Shown: positions 18,160 to 28,255, numbered from the stretch's first letter. The stretch: 64,000 bases of DNA from Candidatus Saccharimonadota bacterium (GCA_012965045.1 DTSZ01000001.1:591629-655628); one strand, 5' to 3'. A program made the numbers and translations. Notes: generated by a model not told the origin, from the sequence alone.

Positions 18160-18835
18160 CGACAGCACTCACCAAGCTGGCTTTACTATTTCAGAGCTAC
18201 TGGTAGCTCTGGTGGTGACGAGTGTAGTGATCGTAGCGATATTTCAGCTTTTTACGAGTTATTTTGGCGCAACCTTAAACAATGGTGCTCAGGTTAATCT
18301 AACTAATGAATCGCAAACTATTCTTAGAAAAATCGTTGAAGAAATACGGACAGGTTCAGCCATCCGTCAACAAAATTTAGTCCCTGACAGTAATGCACCA
18401 GGAGGCAATTGGCAAACATCTGAATCAGATGTAGTAATCATAATTGCTACCCCGACAATGAATGCCGATGGTGATTTTATAATCGACCCAAACACCGGCT
18501 CACCATACCAAACAGAGTATGTGTATTTTGTAGAAGACACCACGCTTTTCAGAAGAACGTTAGTGCCAGGCGGTGCATCCAGCAGCTCTCCTGCCGAAGA
18601 AACAAGCTGCCCTGAAGCTGTTAGTTCACCAAGTTGTCCGCCCGATCAAGTCATTACGTCCCATTATGCAGCAATGAATTTCGACTTCTTTGACCAGAAC
18701 AACGACGAGACGCCATCTCCGAGCTTAGCTCGTTCGTTAGTAATCAATATTACTCTACAAAGAAGCGGATTTGGTGAACCACGAACGGCCGAAAACCAAA
18801 TACGAATGACATTAAGAAACAACGAGGATTTTTGA
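18098..18835 (+). CDS. Type IV minor pilin (prepilin-type N-terminus), PilW/FimT-like
   Basis: HQAG|FTISELLVALVVTSVVIVAIF. The real start is probably a TTG near 18140, overlapping the previous gene's stop. The track ATG at 18098 lies inside the preceding gene. Confidence 0.65.
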   Translation: MATQKTSTTPRTYRSLALDNNDSTHQAGFTISELLVALVVTSVVIVAIFQLFTSYFGATLNNGAQVNLTNESQTILRKIVEEIRTGSAIRQQNLVPDSNAPGGNWQTSESDVVIIIATPTMNADGDFIIDPNTGSPYQTEYVYFVEDTTLFRRTLVPGGASSSSPAEETSCPEAVSSPSCPPDQVITSHYAAMNFDFFDQNNDETPSPSLARSLVINITLQRSGFGEPRTAENQIRMTLRNNEDF

Positions 18836-20223
18836 TGCCACACACCCTACATAACACGACCGAAAAAGGCTTTATTCTTCCGAGTATTGTCGTTCTTATT
18901 ACGTTCTTAATTGTGGTGGCTGCATCGTTTTTGCAGCTTGCTTCAAGTAGTTATTCTACTGCTATTGCTGATAAAACCATCGTCCTCGCCCAATTAGCAG
19001 CAGACGGAGGCATTGACTATTCAATGAACAAAATCAGCCAAGACCCAACCTGGCTTGGAACCGATGGTTTGGATGCAGATACCGATCCTGACGAAATAGA
19101 GCTCCACAATGACGGAACGTTTAGAACCACCTTCACTTCGCAAGTGTACAACCCTGCAGTTGATGAAAAATACTTTGAAATTACCGGCCGTTCCTACCGG
19201 CTAAGCGACAATAGCTTGCAAGCTACTCGCAGTTTTAGGGTTGACCTAAGCCCCGTTGTCTTCGGTGATGCCTCTATCATTACTGGCAATGGTGGCTTGG
19301 TTATGGACAACAGCTCAAAAGTAGTTGCTGGAAGTGTATTTATTAACGGCACCTTAACCATGAACAATAGTTCGCAAATTGGGCTTAGCGTTAATCCTGT
19401 CAGTGTAGAAGTAGCTCATTTCTCATGCCCAAACCCACCCGATGCAACATACCCACAACAATGTGCAGATGGTGAAAACGGTGAACCCATTACTATGAAT
19501 AACTCAGCCCATATATACGGTGATGTCCGGGCCACAAACCAAACAGACGGATCTGGCATGAGTGATGGCGGCCTGGTTCCAAACCAGACAGTCGCAGACA
19601 GAGAGTTACCGCCCCACGAGCGAGATACCCAAATAGCGGCTATTACTACCGAGCGCTCTGGCAACGATGCCTCGTGCACCAGTAACAACGGAGTGGAAAT
19701 CTGGGAAGCTAATACAAAAATCAATGGCAATGTTACTGTTTCAAAAAAATGCACAGTAATTATCGAGGGCGATATTTGGATAACAGGCGATTTCACGATG
19801 CGTAATCAAGGGAAAATTATTGTTGACGATCTAGTATCAACTACTCCCTACATCATGATCGATGGTGACGACATAGATTTTATGAATAGCACAGAAATTA
19901 TAGCCAACAACTTCGATGTAGGAGCTAATATCATTGGCTACTACAGTACTGCTCCTTGTTCACCAGACTGTAGTAACGTCACTGGCCCAGATTTTGAATC
20001 CTCTAAAGACCTCGAAACTATTACGATCAATAATTCTCTGAGCGCGCCAAATACCTTGTTTTATGCTCGATGGACAAAACTTACTGTTTTTAACAGTGGG
20101 TCAATTGGCGCACTAGTTGGACAGACAATTCATCTTAGAAACTCAGCTGCTGTCACTTTTGGTACAGACATAAGTGGTACTGGTACTCAAATATGGGTAA
20201 TCCGGACCTATAAGCGTATTTAA
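18832..20223 (+). CDS. Large minor pilin / tip-associated protein with PilX-like N-terminal domain
   Basis: N-terminus [52 protein letters not shown] matches the PilX_N pattern. The rest is a Gly/Asn/Thr-rich, beta-helix-like region. Start overlaps the preceding gene. Confidence 0.6.
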   Translation: MMPHTLHNTTEKGFILPSIVVLITFLIVVAASFLQLASSSYSTAIADKTIVLAQLAADGGIDYSMNKISQDPTWLGTDGLDADTDPDEIELHNDGTFRTTFTSQVYNPAVDEKYFEITGRSYRLSDNSLQATRSFRVDLSPVVFGDASIITGNGGLVMDNSSKVVAGSVFINGTLTMNNSSQIGLSVNPVSVEVAHFSCPNPPDATYPQQCADGENGEPITMNNSAHIYGDVRATNQTDGSGMSDGGLVPNQTVADRELPPHERDTQIAAITTERSGNDASCTSNNGVEIWEANTKINGNVTVSKKCTVIIEGDIWITGDFTMRNQGKIIVDDLVSTTPYIMIDGDDIDFMNSTEIIANNFDVGANIIGYYSTAPCSPDCSNVTGPDFESSKDLETITINNSLSAPNTLFYARWTKLTVFNSGSIGALVGQTIHLRNSAAVTFGTDISGTGTQIWVIRTYKRI

Positions 20224-21290
20224 AGTAAAGAATTTTGCCCGTCATCAGATTGATCTGATTGCTGTTGTCCGCTTAAGCTATCTATAATTGGTCGGTTTAG
20301 GTGCTTATATGCCTTGTGAGTGACTTGTCTTCCTCGGGGTGTTCGCTGCAGCATACCGATTTGCATTAAAAATGGCTCATAAAAGTCTTCAATTGTTGAA
20401 CGCTCGTCGGCGGTCAGCGCAGCAATCGTGTCGAGTCCAACAGGCTTCATGCCGTAGTTATCAATAATTGCTTCCAACACACGCCGATCGGCTGGGTCTA
20501 AGCCAAGCTCATCAACTTCAAGCAGGTTTAAACCATCGACGGCAACCTGATGGGTTATAATTCCCTGCCCTTCAACCTGAGCATAGTCGCGCGTTCGTTT
20601 AAGCAGCCTATTCGCGATTCTCGGCGTTAGGCGAGCTCGTTGAGCTAAAATTACTGCTGCTTCTCTAGCCAGCTCCACCTCTAAAATTCCGGCCGCTCGT
20701 TGAATGATTTGTACCATTTCCGCAATTTCGTAAAATTCTAAGCGGTGCACTATGCCAAACCTATCACGGAGCGGTGCGCTAAGCGCTCCGGCACGGGTCG
20801 TTGCTCCAATTACCGTAAACTTAGGCAGATCTAATCGCAAACTTCGAGCTGACGGCCCCTTACCGAGCATAATGTCCAATTTAAAATCTTCCATTGCCGA
20901 ATATAAAACTTCTTCCACGGTACGATTTAGCCGATGTATTTCATCTATAAACAGGATGTCGTTTTCCTGTAGATTCGTCAGCATACTAGCCAAATCACCA
21001 GCTCGTTCAATGGCCGGACCGCTGGTTGCTTTTAGCTGAACACCCATTTCGTTAGCTATCACCCAAGCCATGGTCGTCTTGCCTAGACCCGGTGGGCCAA
21101 ACAACAAAACATGGTCAACGGCATCACCACGTTGCTTAGCAGCTTTTATAGCCAGTTGAAGGTTTTTCTTTAGTCGTTCTTGGCCAATATAGCTCGCAAA
21201 ATCTTGCGGCCGCAGACTGTTTTCTACAGCGACTTCTTCGTTGTCTTCTGGTTCGTCGCTGGTGGCATTAACTATTCTGTCGATACTCAT
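20220..21290 (-). CDS. ruvB: Holliday junction branch migration helicase RuvB
   Basis: Walker [15 protein letters not shown], sensor motifs and a winged-helix C-terminus. Acidic terminal extensions. Confidence 0.95.
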   Translation of the reverse strand: MSIDRIVNATSDEPEDNEEVAVENSLRPQDFASYIGQERLKKNLQLAIKAAKQRGDAVDHVLLFGPPGLGKTTMAWVIANEMGVQLKATSGPAIERAGDLASMLTNLQENDILFIDEIHRLNRTVEEVLYSAMEDFKLDIMLGKGPSARSLRLDLPKFTVIGATTRAGALSAPLRDRFGIVHRLEFYEIAEMVQIIQRAAGILEVELAREAAVILAQRARLTPRIANRLLKRTRDYAQVEGQGIITHQVAVDGLNLLEVDELGLDPADRRVLEAIIDNYGMKPVGLDTIAALTADERSTIEDFYEPFLMQIGMLQRTPRGRQVTHKAYKHLNRPIIDSLSGQQQSDQSDDGQNSLL

Positions 21291-21856
21291 GCTAGCTCCT
21301 TCAAAGCCGCTCGTATTCGGGCCTCGGTACCTTCAGCGTCAACATTAGCTAGGGCTTGCAAGGCCTGCTGAGAACTATAGCCAAGTGCGATCAACGCTTG
21401 CAGCGCTTCGTCGTTTCCTTGCGAGTTCCCCATTGTAGCTTTTTCGTACAAGACATCTTGGCCTAATTTATCGCGCAACTCTACAACAACACGCTCGGCG
21501 GTTTTTTTGCCAACTCCGCTGGCGCCAGAAATGTAGGCATTATTACCGCTCGCAATAGCTTGCTTGATTGAGGCAACAGGACCTAAGTCAAGGATAGCTA
21601 ACCCTGCTTTTGGGCCAATTCCGTTAATACTAATTAAATCTTCGAACAAATTAAGGGCATCGGTGCTGCTAAACCCATATAAATCATGCGCTTTTTCTTG
21701 TATATGCTCGTAAATAAACACCTCAAGTGATTGGGCAAGTTTAATGTGATCAAGGTCTTCTCGGCTGACATGCACGCCGTAACCAACCCCATTAACATTA
21801 ATGGTAACTTTTGATTTTCCAACAAAAACAACAGAGCCTGAAAGATACGAAATCAT
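21287..21856 (-). CDS. ruvA: Holliday junction DNA-binding protein RuvA
   Basis: [30 protein letters not shown] start and HhH motifs ([11 protein letters not shown]). The internal Met at 21856 is preferred over the track start at 21880. Confidence 0.9.
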   Translation of the reverse strand: MISYLSGSVVFVGKSKVTINVNGVGYGVHVSREDLDHIKLAQSLEVFIYEHIQEKAHDLYGFSSTDALNLFEDLISINGIGPKAGLAILDLGPVASIKQAIASGNNAYISGASGVGKKTAERVVVELRDKLGQDVLYEKATMGNSQGNDEALQALIALGYSSQQALQALANVDAEGTEARIRAALKELA

Positions 21857-21883
21857 GCCCAAAGTATAACAAATATACACTTT

Positions 21884-21909
21884 TTAACGATCGTAAAAAT
21901 TTGTATACT
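21884..21909. promoter_or_regulatory. Near-palindromic operator-like site TTAACGATCGTAAAAATTTGTATACT in the ruvA / regulator divergent promoter
   Basis: Dyad core ACGATCGT. A second copy (22476..22501) sits inside a 36-bp palindrome downstream of the regulator gene. Confidence 0.45.
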
Positions 21910-21915
21910 CTAATC

Positions 21916-22464
21916 ATGTCAACGCGAGCAGCAGACCAAGCCAGTGCTCAAATCCTAAAAACATGCCTTCAGCTATTAAAAGATGCTGGTGGCTTAAGCC
22001 GAGACACGTTAAAAAACACCCTCACAAAACTCGATTTTGACCTATCTAACCGTCTCGTTAATTTACGCGTAAATTCTGTAATTTTGCGGGCTCGATCATC
22101 GCAGTTTATCGAAGAAGAAAATGGTCAATTAACGGTAACCTCTGCCGGTGTACTGCAGCTACAAAAACTAATACGGATCACTGACTTTAAGTTTCTTAAA
22201 AGCCAGCCATGGGACAATAAATGGAGGCTACTAAGTTACGATGTTCCAGAAACCGAACGTCAACTTCGCAATGAACTACGTGCCCTTATTAAGCAAGCGG
22301 ACTTTACTTTATTGCAGCGAAGTCTATGGATTACGCCGTACGCCTGCGAAAAACTCTTAGAAGATTTACTAGACAACTACCCAGATTACGTACAGCTATT
22401 TATCGTCAGCTCCATTAAGGGCGACATGAATTTTAGCGCAAATTTCAAAAACTACATCGACTAA
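21916..22464 (+). CDS. PaaX-family-like transcriptional regulator (putative)
   Basis: N-terminal HTH-like region. C-terminal WDNKWRLLSYDVPETERQLRNELRALIKQADFTLLQRSLWITP resembles the PaaX C-terminal domain signature (W.G.W.LV....PE...R..LR..L...GF..L..SVW..P). Start taken at MSTRAAD. Confidence 0.45.
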   Translation: MSTRAADQASAQILKTCLQLLKDAGGLSRDTLKNTLTKLDFDLSNRLVNLRVNSVILRARSSQFIEEENGQLTVTSAGVLQLQKLIRITDFKFLKSQPWDNKWRLLSYDVPETERQLRNELRALIKQADFTLLQRSLWITPYACEKLLEDLLDNYPDYVQLFIVSSIKGDMNFSANFKNYID

Positions 22465-22465
22465 C

Positions 22466-22501
22466 TATACAAAAATTAACGATCGTAAAATTTTGTATAG
22501 T
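22466..22501. promoter_or_regulatory. 36-bp near-perfect palindrome CTATACAAAAATTAACGATCGTAAAATTTTGTATAG (second copy of the ACGATCGT dyad)
   Basis: The arms are reverse complements with 2 mismatches. It lies between the convergent ends of the PaaX-like gene and ruvC. Confidence 0.45.
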
Positions 22502-22543
22502 CCGAGCGCTGCACCGGTATTGATAATTCAGCGACTGGTTAAT

Positions 22544-23011
22544 TTAGATTGTAAATCCGTGAGTTAGGGCTACGGCTAGGCCATCGGCTGCGTCGTCGGG
22601 TCGAGGAATGTCTTTTAGTTTCAACAGAGTTTTTACCATTTCTTGAACTTGAATTTTTTCCGCCTTACCATAACCGGTCATAGCCTGTTTAATCTGCAGC
22701 GGTGTGTACTCTGCTATCTGTAAATTCGCTTTGGCAGCGGCAAGTAAAACAACTCCACGGGCTTCGCTTACTGTCATTGCTGTCGTTATATTTGTGTTAA
22801 AAAATAGCTTTTCGATCGCCAGGGTGCTTGGTGTATGCTCTTGAATTAATTCCGTTACACAATCAAAAATAATTTGCAGTCGCTCGCCTTGGGGCTGATG
22901 GGCTTTGGTTCGAATCACTCCTGCATCAAGCATTTTTGGCTTAGCTTTAATAACTTCGATCACGCCAAAACCAGTTATACCGGTGCCTGGATCTATGCCG
23001 AGGATTTTCAT
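22544..23011 (-). CDS. ruvC: Crossover junction endodeoxyribonuclease RuvC
   Basis: MKILGIDPGTGITGFGVIE start with the catalytic Asp in the DPG motif. RNase H-like fold, length 155 aa. Confidence 0.9.
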   Translation of the reverse strand: MKILGIDPGTGITGFGVIEVIKAKPKMLDAGVIRTKAHQPQGERLQIIFDCVTELIQEHTPSTLAIEKLFFNTNITTAMTVSEARGVVLLAAAKANLQIAEYTPLQIKQAMTGYGKAEKIQVQEMVKTLLKLKDIPRPDDAADGLAVALTHGFTI

Positions 23012-23472
23012 TAAATTACGTATTTTCGCCAGTCAACACTACTAGCAATTCTTATGTTGTTCAAATCTTTTAGATTCACCCATTCCGGAAATTTAGCATA
23101 TTCCTTTTCGTCCTCATCAAAACCATCAACTGAAAGTTCACCACCGACGTAATTGCATTTGCAATAAATCATTAACGAATGAAATGGAGGGCTGCCTGGT
23201 TTATGAGGTTTATAGAAACTAGTTTCAAAACCAACAAAACTCTGAAACGTGGCCTCTATACCGGTTTCTTCTTTTACTTCTCGCTCTACAGCTTGAATGT
23301 GGGTTTCGCCAAGCTCAATCCCGCCGCCTGGCAAGTCGTAACCTTCAAATTGAGGCGAAAGCAAAATCTTTCCCTCATGAATTACAATGCCATAAATTGA
23401 CGGCCTAAACTCTAGGTCTGTTGAATCTACTTTATGCTGTTTGCCGTTGACGTCCTTAGCGATTACTTTCAT
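23011..23472 (-). CDS. NUDIX hydrolase
   Basis: Nudix box GGGIELGETHIQAVEREVKEETGIE. Confidence 0.8.
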   Translation of the reverse strand: MKVIAKDVNGKQHKVDSTDLEFRPSIYGIVIHEGKILLSPQFEGYDLPGGGIELGETHIQAVEREVKEETGIEATFQSFVGFETSFYKPHKPGSPPFHSLMIYCKCNYVGGELSVDGFDEDEKEYAKFPEWVNLKDLNNIRIASSVDWRKYVI

Positions 23473-24194
23473 TAGGCTATGTCAAAATTAGTATAAGTCT
23501 CGACAACATCATCAAGCTCATCAAGTGCGTCCATAAGCTTCATCACTTTTTGTTGTTTTTCTTCGTCGTCAATTAGCATTGTTGCTTTTGGTTCGTAGCT
23601 GGCAGTGGCATCGGTCACGGTAAAGCCTTCGGATTTTAGAGTGTCTCGCACTTTGCCAAGATCTTGGAGCTCGGTGTACACAATCCATGAGTCGTCAGAG
23701 TCAGCAATGTCGCTTGCGCCTGCTTCAATTGCCGTTAATTGGTCGCTGTCGTCATCGCCAGTCTTTTTGATTGTTATTACACCTTTTCTGTCGAATAAAT
23801 AGCTAACGGCGCCACTTTCGGCCAAATTACCGCCGTTTTTGGTAAAGGCAGTTTTTACAAATGTAAGTGTACGGTTAGTGTTATCGGTTGCGCATTCGAT
23901 CAACACAGCCACACCTGCGGGGCCGTAGCCTTCATACATTACTTCTTCTACTTGGGCTCCGCCAAGTTCGCCGGCACCACGTTTAATAGCCCGCTCAATA
24001 TTAGCGTTTGGCATATTTGATTGTTTGGCTTTTTCAATTGCAAGCGCCAGTGTCGGGTTCATGTCGGGGTCTTTGCCGCCAGACTTAACAGCAATTGCTA
24101 TGCCGTTACCGAGCTTAGTAAATATAGCGCCGCGCTTAGCGTCGTTAGCGCCTTTGTCTCGTTTGATTTTTGCCCATTTAGAATGTCCAGCCAT
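23472..24194 (-). CDS. yebC: YebC/PmpR family DNA-binding transcriptional regulator
   Basis: MAGHSKWAKIKRDKGANDAKRGAIFTKL, the universal YebC N-terminus. Classic yebC-ruvC linkage. Confidence 0.9.
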   Translation of the reverse strand: MAGHSKWAKIKRDKGANDAKRGAIFTKLGNGIAIAVKSGGKDPDMNPTLALAIEKAKQSNMPNANIERAIKRGAGELGGAQVEEVMYEGYGPAGVAVLIECATDNTNRTLTFVKTAFTKNGGNLAESGAVSYLFDRKGVITIKKTGDDDSDQLTAIEAGASDIADSDDSWIVYTELQDLGKVRDTLKSEGFTVTDATASYEPKATMLIDDEEKQQKVMKLMDALDELDDVVETYTNFDIA

Positions 24195-24237
24195 GCAAAT
24201 TAGTATAAAGGTGAAAGGTCAAAGGTGAAAGGCTTAC

Positions 24238-25683
24238 CTACTCAATCACTTCGCTGGCGTTTAGTTGGCTACCAGATTTTTTATAAAGAATTAAAATGAC
24301 ACCCAGGATTGATGCATAAACACCAATCATGCCAACTGTCGATAAATTAATGGTTACCAGCGCATAAGGAATTTGCGCTAACAATGTCACCAGCGAAGTT
24401 ATGAGTTCTAAAATAAATCGAGCTGGCCAAGCAAACCAACCAGCGAGTGGGGTTATGAGCCAACCGCTAAGACCGGCAATAAATGTCAAAAGCATGGCCA
24501 ACGGAATTAACGGCAAAATAATCGCATTGGCCAAAATTGCAATTAACGAAAATTCTCCAAAAATAGCGCCAATTAGCGGCATAGTTAATAACTGGGCGCA
24601 TGATGTTTCAAGCACTATTTGCATAATTGTGTTTGGTTTTTTGTCGCCGTACAGGCGTTTTGTAACCAGTGGCGCCAATATAAGCACGCCAATAAATGCC
24701 AGAAACGACAGCCACCAACCAAGATCACTCCATAAAAATTGCGGATTTAACCCAGCTGTGATTGCGCCGGACAATAACAGCAGCATAGTCGGGCTGACTT
24801 TTCGCCCCCAATACCACGCCAGCAAGGCCAGACTGGTCACCACCCCAGCACGAGCAATTGACGGACTTATACCTGTTATGGCGATAAAACTAATAATTAA
24901 CGCAAAAGAGCCACTGACAGCCCAGTACTTAGAAAATTTTGCCAAGCTACGCCGCATCAAACGCACTAAAATAGTAAGGTTGTAACCACTAACCGCAACA
25001 ATATGAGTTAGCCCCGTAACACTAAGTGCACTCAATAAATCATCTGGCAGCAAGGTTCTGCCACCAACTAAAAAACCGAGGCCTAAACTGCTCTCGGGTT
25101 CTGGTAATGAGCTGTACGTGCCGGCAAAAAAGTTCTTACGAACTGAGTTTATTGGGCTGTCTGTTCTGGCTAGAACATCTACTTGTGCAAACGAAATATC
25201 AGCATTATCGCTTCCATAGCCCGATTTAATCGTGCCGCGCACCTGCACCCTGTCGCCGCGCTGTAGACTCGTTATACCAAAACCAGAAACTTCTACCCTA
25301 CCCGGCAACTTATTTTCTTCGAACACAACCTGCCCTATGTGAAATTCTCTTTGAAAAAATCTATTGTAGACAGGATCATCTTCGACCACTCCCTCTATAA
25401 TCACCGATTGTCCCACTAGTTTTTCGTATACGTTAGTGGCACTAATTTCCTGTTGTCCGCGAATAAAACCAAGGCTCAATCCCAGTAACAGCGCTGCTAC
25501 TATTGCTGGCAATTTCTTTGTAAAAACTAAAGGCCCGCTCACTATTCCAAGTAATAGGATCGTTGCCGAAATAGTCGGCCAGTGCGCCGCCCACCACAGT
25601 CCAAGCAAAAATGTTAATAAAAATATCTGAATTTTTGTAGTTCGCCGAAAGCGAACTTGACCCAGGCGTAACAGATAAGGCAT
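24238..25683 (-). CDS. comEC: DNA internalization competence protein ComEC/Rec2 (core channel form without the beta-lactamase domain)
   Basis: Polytopic membrane protein. OB-fold-like periplasmic segment (QSVIIEGVVEDDP...). Competence-domain motif LSVTGLTHIVAVSGYNLTILV. Confidence 0.8.
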   Translation of the reverse strand: MPYLLRLGQVRFRRTTKIQIFLLTFLLGLWWAAHWPTISATILLLGIVSGPLVFTKKLPAIVAALLLGLSLGFIRGQQEISATNVYEKLVGQSVIIEGVVEDDPVYNRFFQREFHIGQVVFEENKLPGRVEVSGFGITSLQRGDRVQVRGTIKSGYGSDNADISFAQVDVLARTDSPINSVRKNFFAGTYSSLPEPESSLGLGFLVGGRTLLPDDLLSALSVTGLTHIVAVSGYNLTILVRLMRRSLAKFSKYWAVSGSFALIISFIAITGISPSIARAGVVTSLALLAWYWGRKVSPTMLLLLSGAITAGLNPQFLWSDLGWWLSFLAFIGVLILAPLVTKRLYGDKKPNTIMQIVLETSCAQLLTMPLIGAIFGEFSLIAILANAIILPLIPLAMLLTFIAGLSGWLITPLAGWFAWPARFILELITSLVTLLAQIPYALVTINLSTVGMIGVYASILGVILILYKKSGSQLNASEVIE

Positions 25684-25726
25684 AGTAATGGCAGGTTAGC
25701 AAAATAAAAAACACAAGCCCAAACAA

Positions 25727-27406
25727 ATGCATCACGATCTATTTACAGAACTTAGTTTAATTCTCGTTGTAGCGGGAACTGTTTCTGCTGTCATGAAGTT
25801 ACTGAAGCAACCATTAATTATCGGTCATATTTTTACCGGACTACTGCTAGGACCTTATTTACTTAACGCTATAAACTCACCAGACCAAATTAATGAATTA
25901 TCGTCGTTTGGCATTACCTTGCTGCTGTTTATTATTGGCCTGGGCCTAAACCCAAGAGTTATACGCGAAATCGGTAAAGCCGCAATAATTATTGGTCTTG
26001 GGCAGGTAATTTTTACGGCCCTTTTTGGATATGCGATTAGCAATCTACTTGGCTTTACCCCCAAAGAAAGCTTTTATATTGCTATCGCCTTGACCATGAG
26101 CAGCACCATTATTGCGCTTAAAATAATTTCTGACAAACGCGACACCCCCCAGTTATACGCCAAAATAACCACTGGTATTTTGTTAGTTCAAGACCTTGTG
26201 GCAACCATGTTATTAATCGCAGTTGCTGGTATGGGTTCCGGCTCGCTGCCGCTACCTGAGCTTTCAAGAACACTAGGCTGGGCAATTCTGCTTGGTGTTG
26301 GTGTGTACTGTGCTGGGACCTATTTGCTGCCGCGAATTGAAAAATTTATTAGCGATAGTCAAGAATATTTATTTATTTTCTCTGTGGCTTGGGGTTTTGG
26401 TATCGCCAGCTTGTTTTCAATGGCTGGGCTATCAATTGAAGTCGGTGCCTTGTTTGCCGGCGTAGCCCTTGCCGCTCAGCCATATGCCCAGCAAATGAGC
26501 TCTCGCCTCAAGCCACTCCGTGACTTCTTTATTATTATTTTCTTTATTGTTCTTGGCGCTCGACTAGAATTTACAAACCCTGGTGCATTACTTCTTCCGG
26601 GGGTATCGCTTGCGCTATTCGTTCTGTTTGGCAACCCGCTAATTATCATGATAATCATGGGCTTTTTGGGCTACACCAAGAAAACCAGTTTTCGAGCTGG
26701 CCTGAACTTAGCTCAAATCAGCGAGTTTTCATTAGTCCTAATACTTTTGGCACTCGAATATAACCAAATCAGTCAAGAAATTGTTTCAGTTGTAACCATT
26801 GTAGGCCTTATTACAATTGCTGGCAGCACATACATGATGCTCTACGACAACAAACTCTATAGCGTGCTAGAAAAACGTCTTAGCATGTTTGAGCGCAAAA
26901 AAGTACCACTCAAGCAAAAAGAACTTGGCAAATCTCCAGAAATTATATTATTTGGCTATGCGCGTGGCGGGCATGAATTCGTCCGTGGATTTAAAAAGCT
27001 CAAGAAAGACTTTTTAGTTGTTGACTACGACCCAGAAGCGGCCGATGCGCTAAAGAATGCTGGCCTACCACACGCCTACGGCGATGCGTCTGACGCAGAA
27101 TTTTTAGAAGAAATCGATATAGCCCACGCAAAATTAGTTATTTCAACGGTTTTGGACTTTCAAACAAACTTGTTTTTGACCGAATATACTCATAGCCAGA
27201 ACAAACAGGCTATTATTATTGCCCGCAGCGAAAACCCCGAAGAAGCCGCAGAGCTATACGAAATGGGAGCAACGTATGTGATGATGCCGCACTACATCGG
27301 CAGCGAACGAGTCAGCAAAATGATTAGCCGCAATGGTCTGCGAAAAGGAGACTTTACCCCAGCCCGTGAAAAGCACTTACGATATGTGCAACGGCATTTA
27401 GTCTAG
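25727..27406 (+). CDS. Cation:proton antiporter (CPA2/KefB-like) with C-terminal RCK/TrkA-N domain
   Basis: About 12 TM helices. The C-terminal Rossmann-type segment ILFGYARGGHEFVRGF...VVDYDPEA is typical of TrkA-N. Confidence 0.85.
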   Translation: MHHDLFTELSLILVVAGTVSAVMKLLKQPLIIGHIFTGLLLGPYLLNAINSPDQINELSSFGITLLLFIIGLGLNPRVIREIGKAAIIIGLGQVIFTALFGYAISNLLGFTPKESFYIAIALTMSSTIIALKIISDKRDTPQLYAKITTGILLVQDLVATMLLIAVAGMGSGSLPLPELSRTLGWAILLGVGVYCAGTYLLPRIEKFISDSQEYLFIFSVAWGFGIASLFSMAGLSIEVGALFAGVALAAQPYAQQMSSRLKPLRDFFIIIFFIVLGARLEFTNPGALLLPGVSLALFVLFGNPLIIMIIMGFLGYTKKTSFRAGLNLAQISEFSLVLILLALEYNQISQEIVSVVTIVGLITIAGSTYMMLYDNKLYSVLEKRLSMFERKKVPLKQKELGKSPEIILFGYARGGHEFVRGFKKLKKDFLVVDYDPEAADALKNAGLPHAYGDASDAEFLEEIDIAHAKLVISTVLDFQTNLFLTEYTHSQNKQAIIIARSENPEEAAELYEMGATYVMMPHYIGSERVSKMISRNGLRKGDFTPAREKHLRYVQRHLV

Positions 27407-27427
27407 GAAGTTAAAACTATAGGATAA

Positions 27428-27606
27428 GGGGTGTGGTGGGACTCGCCAAAAGTATTTTTCTGGTGAAAAATCTTTTCGATCGTACTCTAGCGCCGGCGCA
27501 CTCCGGTCTTGCGAGAAGCAGACATGCATTTCTCACCCAACTGGGTTCGAGTCATTAAAACTGTCCAATTTAAAACCCGCCAAAAGGCGGGCGTTAAATT
27601 GGAGGG
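27428..27606 (-). repeat. Unit C: orphan copy of the tRNA-associated element, with no adjacent tRNA
   Basis: Shares with unit B the segment ccaatttaaaa-cccgcc-a(aaa/ttc)ggcgg-...-aattggaggg (terminator plus junction) and a tRNA-T-arm-like end ggcgagtcccac (27436..27447). Confidence 0.35.
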
Positions 27607-27644
27607 ACGTATGTATCGTTATTGCAACTAAAATAAATCTGCAA

Positions 27645-28151
27645 CTACTCAACGTTAAAAGTTAGAATGTTCGATTCGAAACCTTGCCATTGGAGTTTTG
27701 CTTGATGTTCGCCCGGTGGCAATTTTAATTCGTCACTAAATCCGATGTAATCACTGCTTATATCGTGAGAAAAGTCATCTACCAGCGTAAAAGGGTATTC
27801 ATACGTGATGGTTTTGTTTGAGCCGATATTTATATCTGTAAGCGCATCACCACAGGCATAGTACAGACCAATTGGTTGTTCATTTATATAAAACGTACCC
27901 TCGGTACATGTGGAAGAAAACGTATATGTTTTTGCACTTGTTGTTGGGTTGTTAATGAATGACTTGAAGGTAATTGATTCACCTATTGAATAGATGCTTT
28001 TGTGTAATCCTAGTTGTATATTCAACTCCCCATTCGTAGGTTCAGATACATTCTCATGTTTGACAAGCTTAGTCATTACTAAAAATAAACCAACTCCAGC
28101 TACTATTGCAATCAATAAAGCAATGATAGTAATTTTAACTTTTTTACTCAT
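27645..28151 (-). CDS. Hypothetical membrane-anchored/secreted beta-rich protein
   Basis: 168-aa ORF with an N-terminal TM/signal anchor (ITIIALLIAIVAGVGLFLVM) and a Ser/Thr/Tyr-rich beta-sandwich-like remainder. Bracketed by units C and B. Confidence 0.55.
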   Translation of the reverse strand: MSKKVKITIIALLIAIVAGVGLFLVMTKLVKHENVSEPTNGELNIQLGLHKSIYSIGESITFKSFINNPTTSAKTYTFSSTCTEGTFYINEQPIGLYYACGDALTDINIGSNKTITYEYPFTLVDDFSHDISSDYIGFSDELKLPPGEHQAKLQWQGFESNILTFNVE

Positions 28152-28255
28152 GACTTAACTATAACAAAAATGCTACAACATTAGTTGCGGCATTCTCATT
28201 TGAGTTATGATTTTGACCATATAAAAACACCTACGGCGAGATAGGTGTTTTTATA

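Noticed and set aside
24195-24237. Tandem 12-mer aaaggtgaaagg x2 immediately upstream of the yebC start
   Set aside because: It is too short to assign. It could be a regulator site or simply purine-rich RBS context. I did not see a second occurrence elsewhere in the window.
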